Assembly: GCA_008632985.1 (NCBI GenBank)
Contig: QPGO01000311.1
Span: forward strand, 1 to 61,331
Origin: Psammoneis japonica
Taxonomy: Eukaryota
Length of the DNA stretch: 61,331 bases
Direction of reading: 5' to 3'
Below the pieces are notes generated by a model. That model was not told the DNA's origin. It made no database searches and saw only the letters and a program-made list of their open reading frames with translations. A program made the translations under genes and the position numbers. Numbering within the stretch: position 1 is the stretch's first letter; each line of letters starts with the position of its first letter. Of this stretch, positions 24,428 to 35,059 are shown in pieces.

Positions 24428-24843
24428 GTTCGTGAATTGACACTTTAAAACCGTGGGACGGGGAGTGGGGTAGTGTGTGACGAGGCTCGATTAAAAGGGT
24501 GAAAACTTGCTGTAGTCGTCTGCATAATCTTGGTTAAACTGTTTTCACAGCTGCTGAAACCGTGAAGCGGCTCATCGCGTGTTTAGTACAAATTTGTTCC
24601 GGAGACATATCGTCGTTCATCGTAACGATTGCTTGACAATAACGATGAATCCGGGATAATCATATGACAAAAACTGTAGAAATTAAGTTTATAACAGGAT
24701 GCGATAATCAGCGCTATTGTATCGTTTGCTCTGGCGACGCATTTTGCGGCGGACCGAACGCCATGGTGCTCGTGCGTGGTGAAAGCACGGAGGGAGCTCG
24801 AAGGGGACCTCGAGTAGAACCGAACCTCTTGATACTTTTTTAA

Positions 24844-25311
24844 CCCTTCAACCACCGGACTCCCTTACGTCACAAATATAGTAAATGAAGTAATTTCAGA
24901 TATGGATAATATTAAGTTCGCGCGATTTTGTTTTGGAACGCGCATTCGCCGAAAATCCCGGGGAACCCTTTTTGAAATTTAGAAAGTTCAATGTCGACTT
25001 TTAACACCGGGTTTTTTGCAAGCTACATCTATGAATAGAGAGGAACTAAATGTCAACCTTTAACAATGGAGGTTATCATGAATTACTATCGCAAATAGAC
25101 CAACAATACCACACCCTTGGAGCAAATCTCCACCGGTGGAGATTTGCTCCCAATAAGTAAATGCACGTGGTATACTTTACGTAGACTCTACGCGACATGA
25201 CATTTTTATACTATGTTCATTATATGGGTATAAAGTTGCATGACACGTCACACATCCTTAAGTAGAGCAAATCTCCACCCGTGGAGATTTGCTCCCCTGG
25301 TGGTTGAAGGG
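24844..25311. mobile_element. piggyBac-type MITE, unmutated copy A
   Basis: TTAA target duplication at 24840-24843 and 25312-25315; TIR CCCTTCAACCACC / GGTGGTTGAAGGG; internal palindromes at 25119-25150 and 25265-25294. Confidence 0.92.
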
Positions 25312-25418
25312 TTAAGTTGAAACGGTAGAGAGACGACGATGGCAAGAGATTGACGTACAAGTTCAAAGTACAGTGACCGTGAATTATTAATTTGATAAAC
25401 GGAATAGCAAAGCAACAC

Positions 25419-26051
25419 ATGGCGGACCAAAAACTGAAAACTCCGGCGAAGTTAGACTCCTCGCTTGAGCTTCCTCCAAACGAGACAGAATCATCAACCA
25501 GCCTGGCGTCCAGCGAAAAAGCGGTACTTCACGACAACCCTGACTACATCGCTCCCAGCCAGCAGGACATTCTTCTCTTGGACGTTACCTCGAAGATCCT
25601 TCACAGCAAAATCAGTGCCGAATTGGGTGTAAATTACTTGTCGGCCGCCGCGGACCCTCAAAGCTCCCCTCTGTTTGGCCGCCTGTATGGCCTCAACAAA
25701 CGTCTCATGTTAAACGTGGTTACACGTCGTCGCAGCCGTCGTGGCGACAGAGGACCAGAGTATCCAAGCGCCAACATAATCTTCCTCTGTAACACCGGGT
25801 CACCAAACACATTCATTTGCGAAGAAGCCATGCGTGTCCTGCTCGGCAAGAAAGCCTGTGATGTTATGCCCGAGAACTTATTTGTCCAGATGGCTGACTT
25901 TCCCGCTGTGGAGGCACACCTATCTCCAAATCCTAGCCACTACGTCGATGTGAATGTCATTGGTATGGATCTTCTGTCGCAGTTGCAATTGACCGTCTTT
26001 GGAAGAGACCTCGAGTTCGAGCTGAAGAACATGGATCACACAGTGCCTTAA
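25419..26051 (+). CDS. Retropepsin-like (aspartic protease fold) protein with Asp->Asn at the expected catalytic position
   Basis: IIFLCNTGSPNTFI resembles FLxDTGSPxTxI; the downstream VNVIGMDLL resembles the ILGxDFL motif. Confidence 0.55.
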   Translation: MADQKLKTPAKLDSSLELPPNETESSTSLASSEKAVLHDNPDYIAPSQQDILLLDVTSKILHSKISAELGVNYLSAAADPQSSPLFGRLYGLNKRLMLNVVTRRRSRRGDRGPEYPSANIIFLCNTGSPNTFICEEAMRVLLGKKACDVMPENLFVQMADFPAVEAHLSPNPSHYVDVNVIGMDLLSQLQLTVFGRDLEFELKNMDHTVP

Positions 26052-26349
26052 ATGATGATAGCTAGGGCCCTACTCCAGTAGCCCCCTACTAGGAGTCACC
26101 CTCTATTAAGAAGTCCTTCGTGGCAATATTTTGGAAGTAAGCTTTCAGATTGATTGGAGTTAAAGGAAATATTTCTTGATATCACCAATGTTACCCCGGA
26201 TGATGGGACAATTTACCAGAGAATCCAACTTGCTGGTCCATCAAGACCCTGTCTATAGACAGTATGTGGATCCAACAGGGTGCATTAGGTCTAGACATGC
26301 TACTCAGTCATCTGTGGCAGAAGGTGGTGGGGCCACACCATTTCTCAAA

Positions 26350-26675
26350 CGCAGCGGCGGCTCTCGTTTTCGGTCGTTTGGGAATCCCGGCTTCTTTGTC
26401 TTGCGGTCTACATGATGGCGACGATTGCCGGCTATTTCATGACGACGGCCTTGGTATTTTATATCGTCGTCGGCATGATCGGCCTGGTTCAGGGTGGTAG
26501 TCGCTCGTTGTTTGGTGAATTGATTCCGAAGAGTCAGTCTGCGCAGCACTACGGCCTTTACAATATGCTGGGCAAGTTCGCCACGGTTCTGGGGCCGGTG
26601 GTCGCGGGTTTTGCGACATGGATGACAGGGGATCCGCGCCTTGCGATGTTGACGACATTGGTCTTTTCGTTGTAG
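26350..26675 (+). pseudogene. C-terminal fragment of an MFS transporter (UMF1/Atg22-like)
   Basis: AALVFGRLG in one frame, then GLVQGG-SRSLFGELIP..SAQHYGLYNMLGKFATVLGP..TGDPR; truncated at both ends. Confidence 0.7.
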
Positions 26676-27685
26676 GTGGAGAATTGTAGCTGCGGGACGA
26701 CGGCAGGCATGATGCACCGCGTGGATGGCATAGAAGGTTCTGTTCAGCACAATGTCAACGACTCTGGTATAGCCTTGGTCGAAGTCCATGGTGTACGTGT
26801 AGGCCTGACACCGGATCAGTTTCGAAAGGACTTTATACAAGCACCCAAGGAGAAGTCTTACATCTACAACCTCAATGACTGGCTTGTTTCGGCTCTTCAT
26901 CTGACACTCAAGGAGACGAAAGAGGAGTGCGAACCAACCTTTGCCAGCATTCCGCTATCCTCTCTCCGTTTTGTACCTAGCATTAGCATCGTACTTTCGC
27001 CATCCCGGAGTGATCTTCCACTCGATGGCTGCAATTACGTGGCACGAGAAAAGCGTCGGCTACCGTGAATAGATTGTCGGCAACCTACAAAACTACAATC
27101 TCTGAAAGGTGGTCCGTGATCCTCAATCGGTCAATTTTTCCATATTTGATGACAATGGGGCTGCGAACGCGGGTGGCCTCTCCAAACACAATTGCACCTG
27201 TCATGCTAGAAAAGAGGATTCCGAAAACACTCATGGGAATTCGTGAGCTTTGTCTAGAGGAATAATTTTCAGAGCAGCCGACACGGCAACAATGTCCCGC
27301 CATGTCGCTCTGCTGCTTTCGACCATGCTTTCAACAACGGGGAAAAGCTTGTGCGTGATTGAAGTTCTTGTTGCCGGTATGGTACGCAACGCAGCTTCTG
27401 AAGCACCAAATGTCTTCGATCCAATATGCACATGTCGGCGACTGGGAAGGAGGCCAGATTCAATAACCAAGTGCCGTTTGTCCTTTGTATTAGATAGTCG
27501 TCTGGATAAGGTGGTAGCCAAGTTTTGGGAAGTGATGGGTATGTATGGGAGAGCGTCGTGGTTCTTGGCAAAAGCTCACCATCCTCTCGAGCGATTCATC
27601 AAAACAACAATTAGACTGGGGGTCGATCAACAACCAATTCAAAGCTCCTGAACTCACGTCAATTGTGATTGCCACGAAGAACAGC

Positions 27686-29179
27686 TTATATTAGTTGGGG
27701 TAACGTCACAGCGATTGCGGAGTAAGGCTCTTCTGTCGTCGCACTCGCTGGTCTTTGCAGTGTCCACCGCAACGGGACTTTTTCGATAATGAGGCCCCGA
27801 ACCAAGTCATAAACATGCTGGCACGTGTCTGAGCCATCACACGCCATCAGTTTGGGAGCGGTTACACTCCCACAAAGAGCCTTCATTATTTCTTCGCTGG
27901 CGTCAACGGCAAAGTAACCCGACGTATTCTTGAGCGTGATGGTGGCCTGGCGGTACCGTGCCCTCTTTTCGCCGTTCTTGTCAACCAAAATGTACAACAG
28001 CTTAGATGCCGTCGGCCACTGATGTAGATAACCTGCTAGAGAAACATCCAAGTCCTTGATGTATATATCCTCGACTGCGGAGTCTATGATAACCTTGTTT
28101 TCATCAGTCGGAAGAATCATGGAGAGCGCCTCTTGTGTGTGAAATGTAGACGTCACACTCGGAGTATCCTCGTGTTGGGTTTGAAGCGGAAACAAGAGAC
28201 TGGTTGCAGTCGGAATAAGAACAACCTCATCGTTACGAGTGGCACTTTGCATGTCAGTGAGTCGCACGCATTGTCTTGCAGCAACTGCTTGTTGCAACAA
28301 TTCACCCCAGGACGGCTTGCAATCACAAAGAGCCATCATGTCACCATCTTCCTTGGCAGTATTTGCATCCGTAATCATGGCAACAATGGACGACTCTTTT
28401 CGTGGGCTCTTATTGCCTTGTGAGATTGTATTGCACGACAGGACACGAACAACAACGACACTTAACCGATCAGACGCGGTAGCTACTTCGGAAAGGGTAC
28501 GTAGTCTGACGGATTGCGAACGGCTGAGCAAAGGAGATCTCGGTTCTTGCCGGTTAAACCAATCAATGAGCGATTCGATTTGGAGTTTTGAGGTACAAAA
28601 GCTGTCTGGAACAGGCCTACTGTCCCTCCTGATGGCCTGCCCATTTCGAATGGAGCACAATCTCACCCACTGCGCGTCTGTTGTAGGAGGATGCTTCCAA
28701 GAATGTCGAAACTCACAGGCAACCTTCCACTGATTATTATTGCTTTCTGCTTTTTGTATCCTGAGCTTCTTTTTCGGTTGCTCCATTTGGCAGCTTTTTT
28801 TGTATAACACCAATTGATTGATACGCAACACGTCGCACCGAGCAACGTCCTGCTGCAAAAGGCTCTGTACGGCTCCTTTGAGTTTCACCCGTGCACAATT
28901 CGCCATGCTGTCTAGAGATGGATCAGAAATCAGCAAGGTTGCCGTGGATTGTGCTAGATTCACGGAAACATCCATGACGATCCCGACAAGATCGACCGGG
29001 ACTACGACATCGGGTTGGTCTCGAGCGAGTTTCATGGCGTCCGCAATGCTGGGTAATGTTTCTTCATCAGTTGCAGTTCCTTCTGTAGATGTGCCTGGTC
29101 GTTGATGCGGCCTTTTCTGAGCTGCGTTGCTTGCATAGCAAGCAGTATTTTTGGAAGACATTCGTACTTTCAATAACAA
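27686..29179 (-). CDS. Uncharacterised protein, possibly with a POT1/TEBP-alpha-like OB fold
   Basis: Intact 497-aa ORF. VDLVGIVMDV...TLLISDPSL...DVLRINQL...IESLIDWF follows the spacing of the POT1 OB1 domain, but the resemblance is weak. Confidence 0.5.
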   Translation of the reverse strand: MLLKVRMSSKNTACYASNAAQKRPHQRPGTSTEGTATDEETLPSIADAMKLARDQPDVVVPVDLVGIVMDVSVNLAQSTATLLISDPSLDSMANCARVKLKGAVQSLLQQDVARCDVLRINQLVLYKKSCQMEQPKKKLRIQKAESNNNQWKVACEFRHSWKHPPTTDAQWVRLCSIRNGQAIRRDSRPVPDSFCTSKLQIESLIDWFNRQEPRSPLLSRSQSVRLRTLSEVATASDRLSVVVVRVLSCNTISQGNKSPRKESSIVAMITDANTAKEDGDMMALCDCKPSWGELLQQAVAARQCVRLTDMQSATRNDEVVLIPTATSLLFPLQTQHEDTPSVTSTFHTQEALSMILPTDENKVIIDSAVEDIYIKDLDVSLAGYLHQWPTASKLLYILVDKNGEKRARYRQATITLKNTSGYFAVDASEEIMKALCGSVTAPKLMACDGSDTCQHVYDLVRGLIIEKVPLRWTLQRPASATTEEPYSAIAVTLPQLI

Positions 29180-29356
29180 CGCATCATCGCCGAAACCAAC
29201 TATGGATACATACTCCTCGATACCGTACCGTAGACTCTCCTCATGATGGAGTAGAAGATCGATGTGTTGGTGCGATGCGGCCAGAAAGAGACTGAGAGAA
29301 TGAAATCTCGGGAGTTCGGAGCTCGTACTGTTTGTCGCAAAAACACACGCTCACGA

Positions 29357-29664
29357 GCTCACGAGACTCTCCTCCATTCTCTCTCTAGCTACGGTAGTAG
29401 AGCTAAGAGAGTAGAGCTAGCTCTAGAGTAGAGGGTCCTCTACTCTCTAGATAGACAGAGATAGTGCGAAAAGTGAGAACACTACTCTAGGTACTACGAG
29501 AGGAAAGAAATTAGAAAACATTAGGCTCACGACTCCTCCATTCTGAGCTCTAGAGCTAGCTCTAGAGTAGAGGGCCAACTACTCTACAGTAGATAGGCAG
29601 AGATAGTGTGAAAAGTGAAAACACTAAAGGTATTACGAGAGGAAAGAAATTAGAAAGCCTTAGG
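29357..29664. repeat. Direct tandem duplication (29357-29524 and 29525-29664), TAG-rich
   Basis: Shared blocks GCTCACGA..CTCCTCCATTCT, GAGCTAGCTCTAGAGTAGAGGG, CAGAGATAGTG and TACGAGAGGAAAGAAATTAGAAA..TTAGG. Confidence 0.9.
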
Positions 29665-30414
29665 TATATATAACTAAAGGAAGCTTTTAGAAAACGTGTA
29701 AAAGCTGCTTGATGCTGTTGTCGCCGGTGTTGGCGATAAATGATGGTGCTGACTAACAACACTTACTTTGCACTGTATTACACGCCGTCAAACTCCAGTG
29801 CAATTGTTTGCTCGGCGCATCATATCCGAACTTGATTTTGTTGCGGACCACACTCTTGATGCTGGAACACATCTGGAGTCAGATCACCCCAGTTTCATTG
29901 ACGCAACCTACAGAGAAAGAAGGGCCGCGTTGACTTGAGTCGGCCAAGAATCATGAATGTCAGAAGCCAATTGCGCCGGTGGATTATTCCAGACGAGATT
30001 GCAACGTGGGCTGCCGAACAAGTCGACACGTGGTAACCAGAGAAGAAAAGATTTTCCACAACCTGGTTGTGGGTCTGTTTTCCGTCTAACCAGAAAGGCG
30101 AGCAGTTTCATAACCTTTACTCAAGACGATGCAGCGTTTTAGCCCAAAAAGAGTTTGCAAGTTTTACTTTACTACTCAGACTTCCTAGAGCAACGATGCA
30201 ACATTTGCTGATCCACACATGCTATTAGCATGCTTGCTTCTGAGGTCTTGGCAAAATGTTGGTGACAGGGAGAAGAAGTTGTCCAGGTACTGCTGAGAGA
30301 GTATTTCACCGTAACCGAAAAGGTCGTTCTGGAACTTCCACCACAAGGCATGCGTTTTGATGCGACTTGGGATGTCTGGGACAATGGCAACGCCTTGACT
30401 CTGGAACTTGCGTG

Positions 30415-31446
30415 CTATGGCTGTTGGCCAACACAGCGGGGAGACACAACGTGTGCTGGTTCCTGCTGGTGCAATTGCTTGGAGCTGCACGTTGTTCTCG
30501 GCAGCAAGGAGGAGGACGCAGACCAATCGCTATGGCTGCAGCTGGACGCGCAGACTTGACGCAGTCGTTCTTGAACCTTCTTCAATTTCAAAGAGTCTGC
30601 ATCAATGGATGCAACTCTAGCAAGATGCTGCAAATGATCATACCGACTTGCTGAAGGAAGACTGGAAACGGCATCCAACGCATTTGCCATCGACACCAAG
30701 GCAACAGACGATGGCTTCGATGTGTCTACACCGGCAATGAGTGAAAGCTCGGTTTGGAACCGAGCATACTCAAACACCACGCTAAGTTCTTCCTCCTTCA
30801 TCAGATCTCTTGGAAACAATCGTAGGAATTGATGGATATAAGAAAGTGCTGTTGGGGGGTTCAATCTCCATTCAAGAGCTTGAAGCATCAAGAGCTCCAT
30901 GTCCTTAATCTGCTGTTCCGAATAAACGCCGCGAGACAATGCAGAGACAACCCTCGGGTCCATTACCTCTGCTTCGTTCATCTTTACAGCAATGTACAAG
31001 GCTGTCATGGAGGCAAGCTGATATGTTCTCCGGTGCTCGAGTGAAGGCCGACCGACTTCTGTCATAAGGAATCGGTCGAGATGCGACATTGCAATGGTGA
31101 CAACTTCGCGACTGAACCGACAAACATCAGCAACATGAAAGGACCACTCTGCCATTTTCAGTCTACATTTGAAATCAACAGGCAGGTCCCAACCTTGTGC
31201 AACGCCCCCCGGGTCGACGGGGTTCGCATGATGTTGTGCTGCGTAAATGTCGGTTCGACAGTGGTAGGACGATTCTTCTTGTCGTCGCATGACCTCAATA
31301 GTGGACTCCACATCTTCATAGTACTCCATTGCTCCAACATTCGGCATTATTGGTGTAAAATGTATCATCGTTGACGGGTTTGAATTGACACGACTTCGGG
31401 TGTTGGTTTTATGTTGTGGCGAACACGGTTCGAATTTTTGACACAT
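30415..31446 (-). CDS. Cyclin, diatom-specific type (dsCYC-like)
   Basis: Cyclin box CRLKMAEWSFHVAD..SREVVTIAMSHLDRFL, YQLASMTALYIAVKMNE and MELLMLQALEWRLNPPT. The true start is probably a downstream Met. Confidence 0.92.
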   Translation of the reverse strand: MCQKFEPCSPQHKTNTRSRVNSNPSTMIHFTPIMPNVGAMEYYEDVESTIEVMRRQEESSYHCRTDIYAAQHHANPVDPGGVAQGWDLPVDFKCRLKMAEWSFHVADVCRFSREVVTIAMSHLDRFLMTEVGRPSLEHRRTYQLASMTALYIAVKMNEAEVMDPRVVSALSRGVYSEQQIKDMELLMLQALEWRLNPPTALSYIHQFLRLFPRDLMKEEELSVVFEYARFQTELSLIAGVDTSKPSSVALVSMANALDAVSSLPSASRYDHLQHLARVASIDADSLKLKKVQERLRQVCASSCSHSDWSASSSLLPRTTCSSKQLHQQEPAHVVSPRCVGQQP

Positions 31447-31749
31447 CAGATTTTTAGAGAGAATCGCTGCATAATCGGCGATATGAGAACCCCATATCCG
31501 CGATCACAACAATACTTATTCAACGGAAGGAAAGCACTATTTCAATGATACATCGTTGTCACACTTCAGATTGTACTGCAATTTCGTGCAAAAACTGACG
31601 AATGATAAGCTACAGGAATGTATTGCAATGATATAAATATGTACATATAAATTTTTATATTACAATGATACGTGGAACAGATTGCAGAGAACATTCTGCT
31701 TCCAACAAAACGCACGCTCCAATGTTCTCTCCACGACTTAAACCAAGAT

Positions 31750-33290
31750 CAACGCCCCCGGAAAAAACGAATTTGTGTTCTTCTTTCTACTTCTTTCTCA
31801 TTCCTGGCGGCTTGCAGTTTCTGGAAATGACAGTGGTGGGGTGGCCCTGATTGTTCACAACAAGGTTCTTGTGCTGTTCACTGAAAAGAGAACTGAGTGC
31901 AAACAACTCTGTTGCATCTGCCCAGCTTGGTGGCTGCTGCAACAGCGCTCCTTGCAGCCAAGAGCAAAAGCAGCTTGCTTCATCAAACCAATGGCCAATT
32001 TTTGGCTGCGCGGCAATGTTGCCAACCAAGCCCTGACAACAAGCGTGGCCACACAGCTGCGCTGAAAAAAAACACCTGTGCTGTGACCAAGATTGCAGCA
32101 GCGGACATTGCTCCACACACCAGCTTCGTCAACTTGTCTCACACACCACAGAGTTCTTTTTAACCCTTCAACCACTGAACTTGAGCAAATCTCTGTGGGT
32201 GGAGATTTGCTTGCTTGCATCACAAACACAGCAAATGGAGCAATTTAAGACATGCACAACATTTTGTTCGCACGATTTTGTTTTGGAGCGCGCATTTGCC
32301 GAAAATCTGAGGGAACCCTTTTTGCAATTTAGAAAGTTCAATTGAAAAAATTTGTGAACAGAGAGGAGCCAAATCTCAACCTTCAACAATGCAGGTTGTC
32401 ATGAATTGCCCCATCACAAACAGAGGAATGACACCACACCCTTGGAGCAAATCTCCGCCGGCGGACATTTGCCCCCAACAAGCAAGTGCACATGGCATGC
32501 TTCGCACAGATTGTGCATGATGTGATGTTTTCATGCTGTGTGCATTGCACTGTTGCAAAAGTGGAGATTTGCTCCCCTGGTGGTTGAAGGGTCAAAGTTT
32601 CTGAAAGTTTGCCATGTGCCGCCGCAGGTCAGGCGCCAGTTGGAGCAGAGATGTTGGTGTTTTCAAGAACTCCCAATGCTTGGGTCATGTGTGTAGAACT
32701 GAACAAATTCAACAACTGTTGTGACCATCACGGGACAGTTTGGTGACATTTTGGTGCTCTGGTGCACCAAAATTTTTGGCAGAAATTAAGTGACAAATGG
32801 CATGGCCTGATGAAATGGGGGGGCCAAGCAACAAGAGCAGAACATGACAAGCATTGGAATGCAGAGGAGTGTGAAAGTGAGACCAAAGCAGCAGCACAGC
32901 AGCAGGAAAAGTGGAGCAAAAGTTGCTCACAGCAGAGAAAACAGAAAAGCTGCTGTGGTGTGCACTGAGCACACTCCAGCGCAACAAGTGGAGGGTGCAA
33001 AGACACAGCGCCACCACGGGACTGGGTGGCCAGGTGCTTGCCACCCCTGCTCAAAAGCGCTGTCCACTGAACTGGACTCTGGGGCAGGAGAGACACTTTG
33101 CTCTTAAAAAAAAATGTTGGCACTCTGGCGGCACAGCCTCTTCTTTGACACTGCATCCCACCTGTGTTGTGCTGTGCAGAGACACGAAGCAGCTGACAGC
33201 GCAGCAGCCAGCAACACTCCTCATTGTCAATGTTGCTCAGCTGATTTGAGAGGTGCATGTCAACAGGTTGAAGGTTGATGCCCGCATTTT
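31750..33290. other. TpA-depleted domain 3, containing piggyBac MITE copy B
   Basis: TA is nearly absent; survivors are mostly in TTTA/TTAA/TAAA contexts. Confidence 0.9.
32164..32591. mobile_element. piggyBac-type MITE, hypermutated copy B
   Basis: TTAA|CCCTTCAACCAC...GGTGGTTGAAGGG|TCAA; collinear with 24844-25311. Confidence 0.92.
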
Positions 33291-33551
33291 AAATGTGCTG
33301 CATTTCGTCCCAGTTTACTGCTCTTTTTGCCCTCACTTCGTCATGCGCCGCCCGACAACAGACCAGACCGACCGGCACGCACGATGTACAGTGTTTGCGC
33401 GCGCACTGCCTGGTACGAGAGACTGGCGATCGACCGACGACCATCAGACATTTCGTTCGTTCGTGGCGTTTCGGCCCTTCACTCTTTACGGTACCCACTC
33501 GTCGCACCGCAACTTGAAACTACTTTTCTGCAATGCATCAATAAGAGGGTG

Positions 33552-34930
33552 ATGCATGCTTTGAAACACCTGTTACTTCATTTTTCGTTTTGTGGGATAT
33601 TCTATAGTATGTCTGCAGGTGCGGCGGCAACGAGGGCGAGTTTGTCGTTCCTGAAATGTCGGCATCATGTTCGTGCGACCGCCTTTCTTAGAAACGGCAT
33701 GTATGCAACCCGCTGCTTTGTGAGGACTCCCGCGGTTCAAGCCGATCAGGCGTCTGCTAATGGCAGTCGCCCCTTGTCGATGGATGACACACCGCTTGGT
33801 ACGGAAGAAGGCCAAGCCTTGTTGGACGGACTCGATGTCTACACGGTCCAATCAAGCGACGACGATCACCCCTTGACGGTTTATGGTATTCACAGTTTAG
33901 ATCCCCGACAAATTTCGGATACAGGCGAATACTCCTTGCGACCGATTTTGATGTTGCACGGAAGGACTTGGTCCTCGGTGCCGGTTTATCACTTGTTGGG
34001 TGGAAGCCATCAATGGCGGACACAGGAATCGCGGTCCCTCATGGAGGCCTTGTTGGAAATGGGTCTGCAACCGTACTGTATGGATTTTCGTGGATTTGGT
34101 GGAACCCCTCCCGACGAAACAGGCCAGGTGGAACCCAACCGTTGTGTACAGGATGCGGAGACCGTGTTGAAATGGATTGCAAAGCGACACGGACTGGACA
34201 TGGATCGGGCAGATGACACATATCATTTACTGCACAGCCAAGCTCCGGCATTGATGGGTTGGTCTCAAGGTGCGCTTGTAGCACAGTTGGTTGCTCAGAA
34301 AAGCCCACAATTGCTTTCCAAATTAGTCTTGTATGGATCCATTTATGATCCTCTGATTCGATATCCACGAGCCCCACTTTACAAGGCGAGAAACGTGACA
34401 GCTGACGGTGGTAAGGAAACTCCAAAACAAGTGATCAAGAATGATTTGGATAGTGCCATTGAAGATTTCACAGTCGAGGGAACCATTCCTCCAGAACCTG
34501 CGAGACTGTTTGCAGAGGCTGCTCTCTTGACCGACCCTATCAAAGCGAAGTGGAATCACTTGCATCAGTTTAACAATTGCGACCCAGCACGAGTTCATGT
34601 GCCCACACTTGTGGTAAGTTCTGGATTGACCGTGTCTCTAATGTCAACAGCATGCTATCGCATGGTGGTCTTCAATGCTTGTTTCTGTTTACTAGTAGTC
34701 TCACTCTTGTTTGTTTGTCCCAGATTGCTGGTGACCAGGATCCATATGCCCCGCTACACGTTCAGATGGAGTTGTTCTCGAATTTGGGACGTGGGGCTGA
34801 CCGAACATGGTCTATCTTGGCTGATGCTGATCATGCCGCGCATTTGTTGGATGGAAGAGCGCGCTTTACCAAGACTGTGACAAACTTTTGTCGAAACGGC
34901 AAACGCAGTGATCACGGACACTTTTATTAG
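33552..34930 (+). CDS. Alpha/beta-fold hydrolase; intron 34614-34723
   Basis: LMLHGRTW, DFRGFGGT, nucleophile elbow GWSQG, acid in GDQD and His in ADHAAH after splicing GTAAGT...CCCAG. Confidence 0.9.
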
Positions 34931-35059
34931 CCTAATACTTTAAAGATGTAATAGAACAGAAGTGGCTGCCAAGTACATATTATGTTGTTACTATGGCTGC
35001 TGCCGCTGTTGCATGTACGGATCACCCAATTCTTCAATGTACTGCCTTTTGGGTTGGAG

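Noticed and set aside
26676..27651. A functional gene in the short plus-strand ORFs after the MFS fragment
   Set aside because: Broken frames and no recognisable domain; possibly a decayed gene but not supportable.
33327..33551. N-terminal extension of the hydrolase ORF
   Set aside because: It uses a non-ATG start in stuttered border sequence; the ATG at 33552 precedes a plausible targeting peptide.
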